From assembly GCF_006345805.1 (NCBI RefSeq), contig NC_043014.1, positions 39,246,001 to 39,310,000 on the forward strand: 64,000 nucleotides of DNA, written 5' to 3'. Positions 37,471-50,598 of this stretch are shown here, one piece after another. A program made the translations under genes and the position numbers. Every line of letters starts with the position of its first letter. Position 1 is the stretch's first letter. This DNA comes from Octopus sinensis (Eukaryota). The notes beneath the pieces are model-generated. The model was not told where the DNA came from. It was given only the letters and a program-made list of their open reading frames with translations, and made no database searches.

Positions 37471-40400
37471 GGGGCATATCAGCTCTCAACTATTAGTATG
37501 CATACTAATACCCATTTCTGGCTATTAGTATGCATACTAATACCCATTTCCAATGAGGCATAAATACAGACATATTCTTTTGCATGAAAATTGTTTATGT
37601 GATGCTTGGAGTAACAATCTTCTGACATTGTTAAGGAAGATCCTGTTTTAAGTAATAAATTTGGTATCCTATAGTCTAGATTTTCCCTGATGGTGGGCTG
37701 TTTGTTGTAGCTGTCGGCAAGTATGTTTAATTGGGAGATGTTTGTGCTACAAACCTTTAACACTTAGGCATTCAGATTACTATGCCAAATGTAATGTTTA
37801 TTTATTCACATTGTTTTAAGTTAATCATGCATTGTCTTGTAGCTTTGGGATTTCAATGATGTGTATTCTTCTACTATAACCTCTGGTCAACTAAAACCTT
37901 GGCAGTGAGATTTGGTAACAGGTACTATGTGGAGGTCCACTAGATGGACTTTGTTTCTTTGAGACATACACTTAATCAGTCACCTGATTTTAACATCCCC
38001 AACTAGCCCTTGGGTGCACTTAGTGGAGTATAACCCTTTAGCATTCAGATTACTCTGTCAAAAATGTATTGCTTATTTATTTACATTATCTTGTAGCTTT
38101 GAGATTTTGATGATGTGATTGTTTATTTTTAGAATGTCAGTGCAGGGTAGGTATGAGAGGCCAGATCTAGCTGCTTTGAACATAAAACAGGTAGAATATT
38201 TGGGACAGATATTGCCGGTTTATATGCTGAATGGTAAAAGCAGCAACCTGACCAACTGTGGCTACTCGTAGCAGTATCAGACCCTGTTATTGATGACAGA
38301 TCTGATGACTTCAATTATGAGTGTTCCTGTTGTTTGATTCTCATAACCATCTACCATTGAATCAGGTATAGTGTAAGTGGCTCAATATTCCACAGACATT
38401 TATAATTATAGTATGTGGAAACTACATTTTATTTTCCGGGCTGAGATTCAAAACTGAATCTAAGAATTCTTGCTCACCATTGGCTGACCAGGTGGGAAAA
38501 ATTTCGTTGTCCTGTCAAAAGTGATAGATGAGTTTCCACTTGACCTCCAACCTGGCTGTCTCATGGAAAGTTCAGATGGACAACAAGTGACCTACATAGA
38601 TACAAGCCACTCTTATAATGGTATATCCATCCTTCTAGCAAGAATGGGCCATTATAAATATGAGTTCCGTAGGAGACACAGACAGTCAGAACTGTGATTG
38701 AGATGGTGAGCCCTGTGAGTGGAGCGACATGCAAAAGTTAGCTGTTGCAGACCATAGAACAGACAAGATAGAGAAACAACACCACAGAGGTGAATGATGA
38801 ACTCGCACATCATCATCATCATCATCACCATCATCGTTTAGCGGCCGCTTTCCATGCTAGCATGGGTTGGACGGTTCAACTGGGGATCTGGGAAGCCAGA
38901 AGGCTGCACCAGGCCCAGTCTGATCTGGCAGTGTTTCTACGGCTGGATGCCCTTCCTAACAATAACCACTCCGTGAGTGTAGTGGGTGCTTTTTACGTGC
39001 CACCAGCACAGGTGCCAGACGAGGCTGGCAAATGGCCACGATCAGATGGTGCTTTTTACGTGCCACCGGCACGGGGCCAGGCGAGGCTGGCAATGGCCAT
39101 GAACGGATGGTGCTTTTTACGTGCCGTGTCTTTGTACTATCTTACCCCATCAACATTCTCTTTCCTCTGTTTTATGTAGCGGCATATTTGTTTCAAGTAT
39201 CCAACAAAGTGAATGCAACTGAGACCAAATAAATAATGTAGTTTTTCCATTTATGCCAGTCCAACATGCCTAGCATCATCTGCTACACCCAACAACTTAT
39301 ATTGATCCCTCAGCATCACATTTCACTACAAGTATAACCCTTAGTCAGAATCCGTAAAAAGCACCATCCGAACATGGCCGATGCCAGCACCACCTCGACT
39401 ATCTTCCGTGCCGGTGGCACGTGAAAAGCACCAATCCGATCGTGGCCGTTGCCAGCCTTGCCTGGCACCTGTGCCGGTGGCACGTAAAAAGCACCCACTA
39501 CACTCTCGGAGTGGTTAGCGTTAGGAAGGGCATCCAGTTGTAGAAACACTGCCAGATCAGACTGGAGCCTGGTGCAGCCTTCTGGCTTCCCAGATCCCCG
39601 GTCGAACCGTCCAACCCATGCTAGCATGGAGAACGGACAACAATGATGATGATGTGTATGACAAGATAGGTCCCTTGAGTTTACAGTTACAGTCCAACCT
39701 GGTTTCACTCAGAAAGCTTGGGTTGCCTTGGAGCATTAGTAGAAGATACTTGCCTGATGTGCCAAGCAATGGAATTAAAACCCAAATCTCATAAATGCAA
39801 AGTGAAAATTCCTAACTCTTCAGTCATATCTTTGCCCTGATATTGTCCACACACATTCCTTTAAGCTCCAACTTCACATATAATCTTTATTATACCATTG
39901 AATACTTGAAGCATTATAGTATAAGAAAATATGTGTAGTAATGGTAGGAGTAGGAACTGTCAACTTTTGAATTTTTTGTCAGGTCTGGAGCAAGATTTCT
40001 AGAAAGAAGACACAGATTGCAAATTAATATGTGTGATAGGAGCAGAGATGAATTCTTGAAAGTTTTTAAGGCCTTTCAAGGATTTAAAAAATCATACTGT
40101 CTTTTCAAGGATTTAAAAAAATAAATTAATAGCATAGTGATTCATTGTATCACTCACATGACATTTAGACTTCTATTTGGTATTACAGGAATTTATTGGA
40201 AATTTTGCAGAAAAACCAATACTTAATGGGTAAATTCCCAACTGCATTGTAATAATGATTATTTTTCAAACTAAAGAACTTAGGAATAAATTTGAACCAG
40301 TATCTTTTTTTTACACACTGTTGTAGCTATGGCAACTGTAAAATTTTGAGGACTCTCTCTCTCTCTCTCTTCTTTCTCTCTCTTTCTCCTTGATTGTGGA

Positions 40401-41462
40401 TTGGCAAAATTGATAGAACATTGGATAAAATATTTCATTTTTGGATTTGGTTTGCAAGATTCTTTATATGAGACACAACAGAATTGGATGAAATGCCTTG
40501 CAGTATTTCATTGCATTATTTTATATTCTGAGTTCAAATCCTGCTACAGTTATCTTTGCATTTTATTCTTCAGAGGTCAATAAAATAAATACCAGTCAAA
40601 TATAGGGGTGGATGCAATCAATTATTTTCATTACATTGAAACATCTGGCCTTGTGCCAAAGTTTTTAAAAAATCATTATTATTAATGGTAGTTGTAGTAG
40701 TTTTTCAATTTCTTTGAATTTCATTCCTTTTGTAACCATCACTTTTTGTTCCCAATTCGTTCCTAATACAATCGGTCACATATCACTGATCAGATTCCTT
40801 GGCCATCTGGTAGAATGTGTTACATAAAACATCTTTTTCTCTTGGCTTTCTTGAGAAAATTCTGTAGTTTGTAAGCTATTTGTTGTTAAATTTCTTGAAT
40901 TTCTTGAATTTCAACCAATCAATGACGTCTATTGAGGTCCCACTGAATGGCACTTTGGGAAAGTGTCTTCTATCATAGCCCTGGGGCAACTAAAGCCTTT
41001 TGAGTGGATTTGAGTGGTAGATGGAAATTGAAAAAAACCCATTGTATACATGCTTATTTTTGTATTTTTGTTTGGCTCCCACCACCACTTGACAACTGAT
41101 GTCAGTTTGTTTACATCCCTGTAACTTAGCAGTTTGACAAAAGGTACTGATAAAATAAGTACCAGGCTTTAAACAAATAAGTACTGGGATCAATTTGTTT
41201 GACTAAAATACTTCAAGGTGCTGCCCCAGTATGGCTGCAGTCCAATGATTGAAACCAGTAAAAGATGAAAGATACATTCCTCATCAGTTCTGTAAAAAAT
41301 GAAAAAAATGCTTTGAATCTTGTGAGAAATTCTTTAATCAGCCATTTAGAATTTCTTCTTTCTCTTAAACATTGTGGAAAATTTGTTTTAGTATGAACCT
41401 ACAAAATGAAATCATTGGAACTGATAAACTGAAATAACACACTCACCACACATATAGACATA

Positions 41463-41513
<51 letters not shown>

Positions 41514-41635
41514 ACATACATGTAGATATATTCATAGTCACACACACATATGCATATATATACATGCATATACATATATATATATGCATACGCATACATG
41601 TATATACATATATGCAAATATGTATATATACATCT

Positions 41636-41680
<45 letters not shown>

Positions 41681-42468
41681 CATACACATACATGCATATA
41701 TACATACATATATATATATATCTATATGTACATATATATATAAATAAATACATACACACACACACACACACACACATACATACATACATACATACATACA
41801 TACATAGACACATGTATATATTCAGTTTGATCTGTATACCCAATCAATTAATCATATAAATAAAACAAAGAATTAAAATAAACAAGTTAAACATTTTGTT
41901 TAATCCAATAATATAATGTAGATAACTAACAGAAATAAGTTCATGACTACATGGCACTTTTTTCAGGGATAACCTTCAAATGCTATGTCGCACAAACATT
42001 TGACAGTTATCTCTGATGATAAAAATTGATATTTTACAAATACATTTTCTATCCAGATATATCGTTTTACTCTCAGTTATAGCATCTCACTCTCTTTCTC
42101 TCTCTCACACACACACACACATATGAGAAATGTGGATAAACACAAACCTTGTACTATAGTTCCTACATGCATTTTGCTATTAAATGCACATGGAGTGCCT
42201 ATTACAGAGCTCCAAACAACATAATGGGGAAATGTACAGAGGAAGTACACTATAAACTTGTGTTCATCCTTATTTTTCCTGCATTTGTTCTGTAGCTTGA
42301 AAGTGGTAATACAACCCAGTATAGAAGTTAACAACTACAAGGAAGGAAGAAGCAAACTGGATTATAATAATCTGTGTCAAGCTCTAACTATAATAGTAGC
42401 TGTCATACAGCCATTTGTAAACACAATTTCTAATATATATATATGTGTGTGTGTGTGTGTATGATGTA

Positions 42469-42516
<48 letters not shown>

Positions 42517-43536
42517 AATACAAAATAAGAAAATGGAGGAATAGATTTCTTTCAATCATCAACTACTACATAATACCAATTCATATAATATATTAACTAA
42601 TTATTTAGGAATATCCAGATCAAACAGAATAATACAGAATAAAACAGTACACATCAATAAGACGAGGCCCTGAGATATATATATAAGTAACTTATTTTTA
42701 ACTGCATATTACCTCAATACATCTGACTAATATGGGCATAATGAGATACTCTTATCTACAGGCTGAAACAGCTGTAAGATCCATTTTATATGTATTGTTC
42801 TTATGGTATTATCTTACTTATTGATGTGTACTGTTTTATTCTGTTTGATCTGGATATTCCTAAATAATTAGTTAATAAATTATATGAATTGGTATTATCT
42901 AGTAGTTGATGATTGAAAGAAATCTATTCCTCCATTTTCTTATTTTGTATTATGAATTTGAGGTAAAACATTTTACCTTCGCCCATATAATACATTAAAT
43001 GAATTAATTGCATTGCAATTCTTAGCATTTATGTATTAGCCTCTCTGGGTACTTTACTGGCAGTATATTGGATAAATGATATCCCATAGTGGGTTACACT
43101 CATAACCCCTATCTCACTTTGTAATATATAAAAACATAAATATATATATAATAGTGAAGGCACATGGCTCAGTGGTTAGAGCGTCGAGATTATGATCATG
43201 AGGTTCTGAGCTCAAATCCTGGACTGGGCTGCGTGCTGTGTTCTTGAGCAAGACACTTTATTTCACATTGCTCCAGTTCACTCAGCCGTAGAAATGTAGA
43301 AATGAGTTGCAACGTCACAGGTGCCAAGCTGTATCAGCTGTTGCCTTTCCCTTGGATAACACTGGTGGCGTGGAGAGGCGAGGCCGGTATGCATGGGTGA
43401 TTGCTGGTCTTCCATAATCAACCTTGCCTGGGAGGGTAACTTTCTAGGTGCAATCTCATGGTCAGTGTCATGACCGAAGGGGGTCTCTCAGATATAAAAA
43501 TATATATATAAACACACACACACATACATATATATA

Positions 43537-44425
43537 CAGGGTGTGGGGAATAAGTTGCTGTCTAAATTATGCAAAAATGAAAATAACACTGCCATCTTAT
43601 TTTAACAGATATATTTACCAAAATTACATAAAAATATCTTGAAATACTAAAGAATAAATTTATTCAATAAAATCGCCATTGGCTTCAACCATTGCTTTCA
43701 GACAACTTCAGAATCTCCTTGTTTAACTTGGTGAGTGCTGCCATAATCCTTGCCTTCAGTTCATCTTCGATGTTACAAGGAGTTTTGTTGGTCTCTTGCT
43801 CCACACATAATAACGTAAGAGGTTGCGGTCTGGGGAGTTAGGTGGCCAGATGTTAGGGGTGGTGTAGTCGCAGAAATAGTCTGACAGCCATGACTGGGTT
43901 CTCCTGCTTGTGTGGCATGTTTCCAGACATAGGGTCTTCCAGCAGCCATCTTCTTCATCCGGGGCAGCACTATCTCCTCCAGGCACTTGTGTAGGCCTCC
44001 GTGTTGAGTCTGAAGCCCTGTGGGAAAAGCGGAGGTATAATGTCACCATCGTTAGTGATCACTCCAAGCACCATGATGTTGACTGGATGTTTGATTTTTA
44101 TCACTCATGGTATATATTTTTGGGACATGGCAAGCCAATGGTTGTTCTGTGTGTTCACCATCTGATCCTGGCAGAAATTTTTCCCGTCTGAGAAAAACCA
44201 AAGCATGTTTAGTTGAAGATGATGCTTGAGTTTGTTCAAAAGCTTCCTAGCATGGTCTTTCCTCTTGCCCTTGATAGGCTGGGATGAAAATTGACCCTTT
44301 CTCATCTTGTATGAGTAACACCGAATGTCTTCATGCACTACCTACCTGATAAGAAACTCACACTCCCATGTCCCTGGCGAAGGACCTGATTGACTTGGAG
44401 GGAGTGTTGTTAATCATAGCCTGGA
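43537..44425 (-). mobile_element. Truncated Tc1/mariner transposon (maT/DD37D-like), transposase pseudogene
   Basis: WFFSDGKNFCQDQMVNTQNNHWLA and WPPNSPDRNLLRYYVW motifs with frameshifts; one TIR end TA|cagggtgt at 43537. Confidence 0.88.
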
Positions 44426-44649
44426 TATCACCAACAAATTCAGTTCTTTTCTTAACCTGGATTCATTAACGTTTTTTTGCATTCCTGAACTTCTGAGCAT
44501 TTGCTTATGTCTGTGACATAGATATTTAAAAATTTTGTGTTCATATAGAGTCTGACGAGCTGTCCTCAAGGCTTTAGCTTTGTGGGTGCAAAACCTTGGG
44601 TAACTCTTTGTCCAAGATAAAAAATTTTTGTTCATATATATATATATAT

Positions 44650-44880
44650 ATATATATTAGACAAAAACAGATAACAAAGACAAGGCTGTGAGGAGTTTTC
44701 AGGACATTTATAAGGAAAGAGAAAGTTAGCCTTACAGCTGTTTCTGAAATATTAGGGATATCCCTTCATCAGAGATGATGTGAGAGAGGTAAATGTTTGT
44801 GTTTGAAGTAAGGAATTATTATGGAAAAGGAGGAGATAGGGAAATAGAGGGAAATAAGAGAATGAAAGTAGAAATAACAT
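44650..44880 (-). mobile_element. Penelope-like terminal fragment with hammerhead-like core
   Basis: Minus strand CTGATGA-a-gggatat-cccta-atatttc-a-GAAA-cagctg-ta. Confidence 0.65.
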
Positions 44881-47329
44881 AAAACATTGTAGATGTAGTT
44901 CCATTATTCAAGTAAAGTGGTGTATAGAAGTGGTAAAAAAGTTTCCTGTACATGGTATATAAGTTCCGATAGTAGTTCGTATTTAGTCATTTCAAAGTAT
45001 GGAGCCATGGATTCTATATTACCCATGCAAAGGGGCTTTGTGGGCAACACAGAATCCACAGCTCCATACTTTGAAATGACTAAACACGAACTACTATTGG
45101 AACTTACATACCGTGTACAGGAAACTTTTTTACCACTTCTATACACCCTTTACTCGAATATACACTTTAGATGAGTTGTAGTGCACCTGAGCACTGTACA
45201 CAATTATTATTATTATTATTATGGAACTGCAAGTACAATATTTTACATACAACAGACTTCTTTCAGTTTCTGTCTACTAAATCCTCCCACAAGGCTTTGG
45301 TAGAAGACATCTGCCCAAGGAGCCACGCAGTGGGACTGAACCCAGACCCATATGGTTGGGAAGCAAGCCACTCAAGTATAGATTAGTAAAATAAGGTGGT
45401 GAGCTGGCAGAAATGTTAGCACGCCGGACGAAATGCGTAGCCGTATTTCGTCTGCCGTTATGTATGTCCTGAGTTCAAATTCCACCGGGGTCGACTTTGC
45501 CTTTCATCCTTTTGGGGTCGATAAATTAAGTACCAGTTATGCACTGGGGTCGATGTAATCGACTTAATCCCTTTGTCCCCTCTGTGTTTAGCCCCTTGTG
45601 GGCAATAAAGAAATAAGTAAAATAAGATTCTATAGAATCTAGGCACATCAACATGCAGGATGCCAGAAATGGCTAGGTACAAACCCCATTTATGTTCTTT
45701 CTTTTATATATATAAATCCTTCTTTATAAACATGGATTTCAGTCATTTTGTGATGAACAATGCTGAAATTGTTGACACCAAAAACATGTAGAATAGCAGC
45801 TTAGATTAAAATGAAATCCTAACACTGGCCCCCAAAATGACCTAGACTTATGGATGTAAAGAATTGGATGACAATTTGGGATTTGCCAGCCTCGCCTGGC
45901 CCCCGTGCCGGTGGCACATAAAAAGCGCCATCTGTCCGTGGCCGTTTGCCAGCTCCGTCTGGCACTTGTGTGGGTGGCACGTAAAAAGCACCCACTACAC
46001 TCACGGAGTGGTTGGCGTTAGGAAGGGCATCCAGCTGTAGAAACATTGCCAGATCAGACTGGGCCTGATGCAGCCTTCTGGCTTCACAGATCCCAGTTGA
46101 ACTGTCCAACCCATGCTAGCATGGAAAGCGGACGCTAAATGATGATGATGATGATTGAATTTTGTAAAGAAACCTTTATGTATTTCTCTTTTGTTTGGTA
46201 GGCACAAGATGTGACAATATTTTTGCTGTTTTTGGTATTATTAGATTTAATCCTTTTGCTTTGACAATGTAAATGTCAAAGGTACCAAGTCCAGTATCAA
46301 AGCCCCTAAGTAATTAGGTGTATCAACTTTTTTTCACATAAGAATGAAGGTAGGTGGTAAGTTTTGGTTGGTCATTTCTTATATGTGTGTGTATATATAT
46401 ATATATATACACATTTCTTATGTGTGTGTGTATATATATATATATATAGTGGCTGTGTGGTAGGTAGCTTGTTTACCAACCACATGGTTCCGGGTCCAGT
46501 CCACTGCGTGGCATCTTGGGCAAATGTCTTCTACTATAGCCTCGGGCCGACCAAAGCCTTGTGAGTGGATTTGGTAGACGGAAACTGAAAGAAGCCCGTC
46601 GTATATATGTATATATATATATATATATATGCGTGTGTGTGTTTGTCCTCCTAGCATTGCTTGACAACCGATGCTGGTGTGTTTATGTCCCCGTTACTTA
46701 GCGGTTCGGCAAAAGAGACCGATACAATAAGTACTGGGCTTACAAAAGAATAAGTCCCGGGGTCGAGTTGCTTGATTAAAGGCGGTGCTCCAGCATGGCC
46801 ACAGTCAAATGACTGAAACAAGTAAAAGAATAAAAAAAGAATATATATATATACACACTCAATAACACTATAAAATGGTCAAAACTTTTTCACAGGAACT
46901 TAGTTCAATGTGAAAACCTCACTAGAATGGGAGAAAATGCTAATATATGATCTAAGTTATATGATGTATAAAAACATGTAATATAGAAATAAATATCTGT
47001 AAATATAAAACCATCTGAATTTCTGAGTACCTCATTTCTTCTAATATATATATATGAGAAGTATTCGGGTGATGTATATATATATATATAGTGAGAGAGA
47101 GAGTGATTGAAAAGTAACTCCTTATTTTAAAATACTTATAAATTATTTATTAATAGTAATTCTTACAAAATAATGTACATGAGAAGAAAGCTTTTAGTAT
47201 GAGGTTTTATTTAAAGTTAGATATGGGTTCCAAATGTTGCCACTAGCTTCTTGAGCCACCATGGAATTGCATCAACTGATTTCACCAGGAACTCTGGTGG
47301 GGATGGAAGTTGTGGTCACCAACAACAAA

Positions 47330-47830
47330 GGGCCAAGATGGAATCGCTCCAAAGAAATTTTACCTCATACTTCTCAGAAACGAGGGATCTGGACTATTGG
47401 CAAAGACTCAAAACCTTAAAGATGTACTCAATAGAAAGAAGATTTGAGCGATACTGAATTATATACATTTGGAAAATGATAGAGCAAACGGTGCCAAACT
47501 TTGGTATCAAAACCTACCACTCACTGCGCCACGGAAGACGCTGCCAGCTACCACCAATCAACAAAAAGGCTGGCCAGGCAGCAAAAACCCTGCGAGAGTC
47601 AAGTCTGTTGGTTCGATGAGCACAACTATTCAACTCCATTCCGGTAGATGTCAGAAATCTATCAGGATGCAGTGTGGAATCATTCAAATTGCAGCTGGAT
47701 AGATACTTAAGCACCATTAGAGATGAACCCCATCTCCCAGGATATACACAACGAGCACAAACTGACTCAAACTCGCTCCTACACATGTCAAAATTAAACA
47801 GAGAATACAACCTGGCAACCACACCAGACT
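47330..47830 (+). mobile_element. CR1/L2-group LINE 3' fragment
   Basis: ESLQRNFT...LDYWQRLKTLKMYSIERRFERY*IIYIWKM...QLFNSIPVDVRNL...FKLQLDRYL. Confidence 0.88.
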
Positions 47831-48258
47831 CTGAAATGAAATAACTTCTTGTATTTGCCATTTAGTAATTATGATAAAACCATTAGAAGCGGAGATAATT
47901 TTAATAAATGAAGCATGTATATCGTATAGCATTTAATACACCTGTATTTGTCTATGTTATTCAAATGCATGTCACTAGCCACTTTGAGTTATTTCTCAGT
48001 TCCTTTCTGTTTAAATAACTACAGCTACCACCGACATCATTTCCTAAACATTTTCTGGATTGGGCGGGAGAAAAATGGGGTATATTTTATATGAAATTTT
48101 GCAGATACGTTTTCAAGGGTATAGATTACGAATATATTATTATTGTTGTTGATGTTGTTTTAGGAGTTTGGGATCATTCTCCGGCATACTTACACAAGTG
48201 TCTCCACCCCGACTTTCTTTCCTCTTCCAGGAAAATGGATATTTTTAAATGAAATTTT

Positions 48259-48661
48259 GGATCTTTTCGGTTTGAATGGCAGTTTTTTCTAGCGGTGTCA
48301 TATGAAATTGTCACCCATAATTATGACCCTAGTATCGATCTATTGCATGTCAATCTGTTTTATGGTTAGGGGTGGGAGGAGGGTATCTTTTTTTCTTCAC
48401 AAATGTAAATAAATCCAATCTGTTTCTTAAACGGGGGACATATTCATACGGCATAGAATATTTTTCACCTCAATAGACGTCATTGATTGGTTGAAATTGC
48501 AGGGGAAAAAATAATAAATATCTTACAAACTATAGAAGTTTCTCAATAAAGCCAAGAGAAAAAGATGTTTTATAAACACATTCTACCAGTATACGAAGTT
48601 TTAAAGTGTTTAGTTACGTGGAAATTATTTTAAAAAACTGCCGTTCAAACCGAAAAGATCC
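48259..48661 (+). mobile_element. MITE with GGATC termini and 8-bp TSD (superfamily uncertain, Merlin/MULE/hAT-like)
   Basis: TIR ggatcttttcggtttgaa(t/c)ggcagttttt; TSD gaaatttt at 48251-48258 and 48662-48669. Confidence 0.9.
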
Positions 48662-50598
48662 GAAATTTTTTACAAATACACTTTTCTGAAAGTTATGAGG
48701 AAACAAAGGCGACATGTGTGAATTTTCCCAAACTTCTCTCCCAACTTCCTGAAAAAAATTTCACAAAAATTTCCAATATAATCAGAATTTACACTATCCA
48801 AAGCATGTTTGTAGAAAATTTCGTTAATAAATATGAATTTTCTGGAAGTTAGGAGGAAACAAAGTCTTTCCTCAGTAAATTTGTATATTAACACCCGCAC
48901 GATTTTCACTAAGAAAAAAAAAAATTACCAAAAAACGTCAGTGATTTTTTTTCCTCGTTATAAGCACTTTAGGTGTGTAAAATATCAGAAAATTAAAGGA
49001 AAATGAAATTTGATGATAAAATTTTGAGAACCGGTGTTGTTGATAAATACTTGACTGTGGAAAATGTAACCGGTGTAGATGGGAAAATTTATCTTAGTAT
49101 AAAAAGATTCGGTGCATAGATAATTACTTTTTTTTCTCTCGTATAATTGATGTACATGCAATCCGCTCCATGCCAATATAAACAACAAAGAATACTAAAG
49201 AACAAAGGCGTTTCATTACATCCTACCTACTCAACACACATCAACAAACTGAGAAAATGGTTGGCATGTAAACACTTTCAGCGAAAGTACTACTGTTCTC
49301 AATGGATAAGTTATCTTGAGTAAGAAAAATGAAGATAAAACAAATTTTGAAAGTGAAATAAAATGTTATTCAAAAGTAAACCATTCCGAAAGATGTTTTT
49401 AGAATGTTCTGAAAACATTTATCCCCGGTTTTCTCATATTTTTCCCTCTAAAGAAACTCATCTACATTTTAATTCAATATTTGTTAAGGCGTAACTTCGG
49501 TATAAGTAAGGTCATCCTTTCGGGGTCGATTAAATAAGTACCAGTTGTGCATTGGGGACGATGTAATCATCTTAATCCGTTTGTCTGTCCCCTCTGTGTT
49601 TAGCCCCTTGTGGGTAGTAAAGAAATAGGTATAAGAAGGGAGAAAAGAGTTTCTCTTATTTTCAGAAATGTCAACAAAGTCACGCGTGTACCTATACCGA
49701 AGTATCGCCTTTGTTTATACTTCCATCATATTCTTGAATCTGCAATTATATAATTCAACTCTTTCTTCTCCTTTAGAAATGAATACGCAGCAACAAAACT
49801 CTGAATGTATGGCAAGATACAATAAAACATTTCAAATAACAATAAATTGAATTATATCGAAATGAATAACATTTTATTTCAATTCCAAAATTGTTTTATT
49901 TTCACCTTCTTAATTACTAGCGCGAGTTCACTCTTCTTCACGAGTCCCCCCCCCAATCACCGCTTAACAACCGGTGCTGTTGTGATTACGTCCTCATAAC
50001 ATAGGTGGTTCGGCTAAATGAACCGTCATAATAAGTTTGTTTGTTCCTTCTTGAGTCGCCTCTGGCTCATAGGGCCGGTTTCCTTGGCGTATAGGTTCCC
50101 CACCTGGACGGGACGCCGGTCGGCCGCAAGTGAAATATATATATATATATTGTTTGTTCCTTCTCAAGCCACGCCTGGCTTATTAGGGCCGGTTTCCTTG
50201 GCGTATAGGTTCCCCACCTGGACGGGACGCCGGTCCGTCGCAGGTGAGCTGCTAGATGCAGGAGGAAAGAGTGAGAGAACGTTGTGGCGAACTTAGGTGT
50301 TTCGCTCGTAAACACACACATCGCCCGGTCTGAGATTCGAACCCGCGATTCCGCTGCTCTAATCACCAAGCCATGTGCCTCCACTCGTTACAATAAGTAC
50401 CTGACATCAAAAAAATAAGTACTAGCGATTTAACTAAAACTTCGTCAAGGCGATACCCCAGCATGGCCGCAGTCTAATGACTGAAACAAGTAAAGGATAA
50501 AAGATAACTCGGTCAATTTAAAGATCCTTTGCAGATTAATTATTGCGTATTATTATTAATAATTATAAATAAGTCCATAACTTACAATTTTATAAATG

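Noticed and set aside
49668-49850. 60-aa ORF MSTKSRVYLYRS
   Set aside because: No recognisable homology; its length is compatible with chance.
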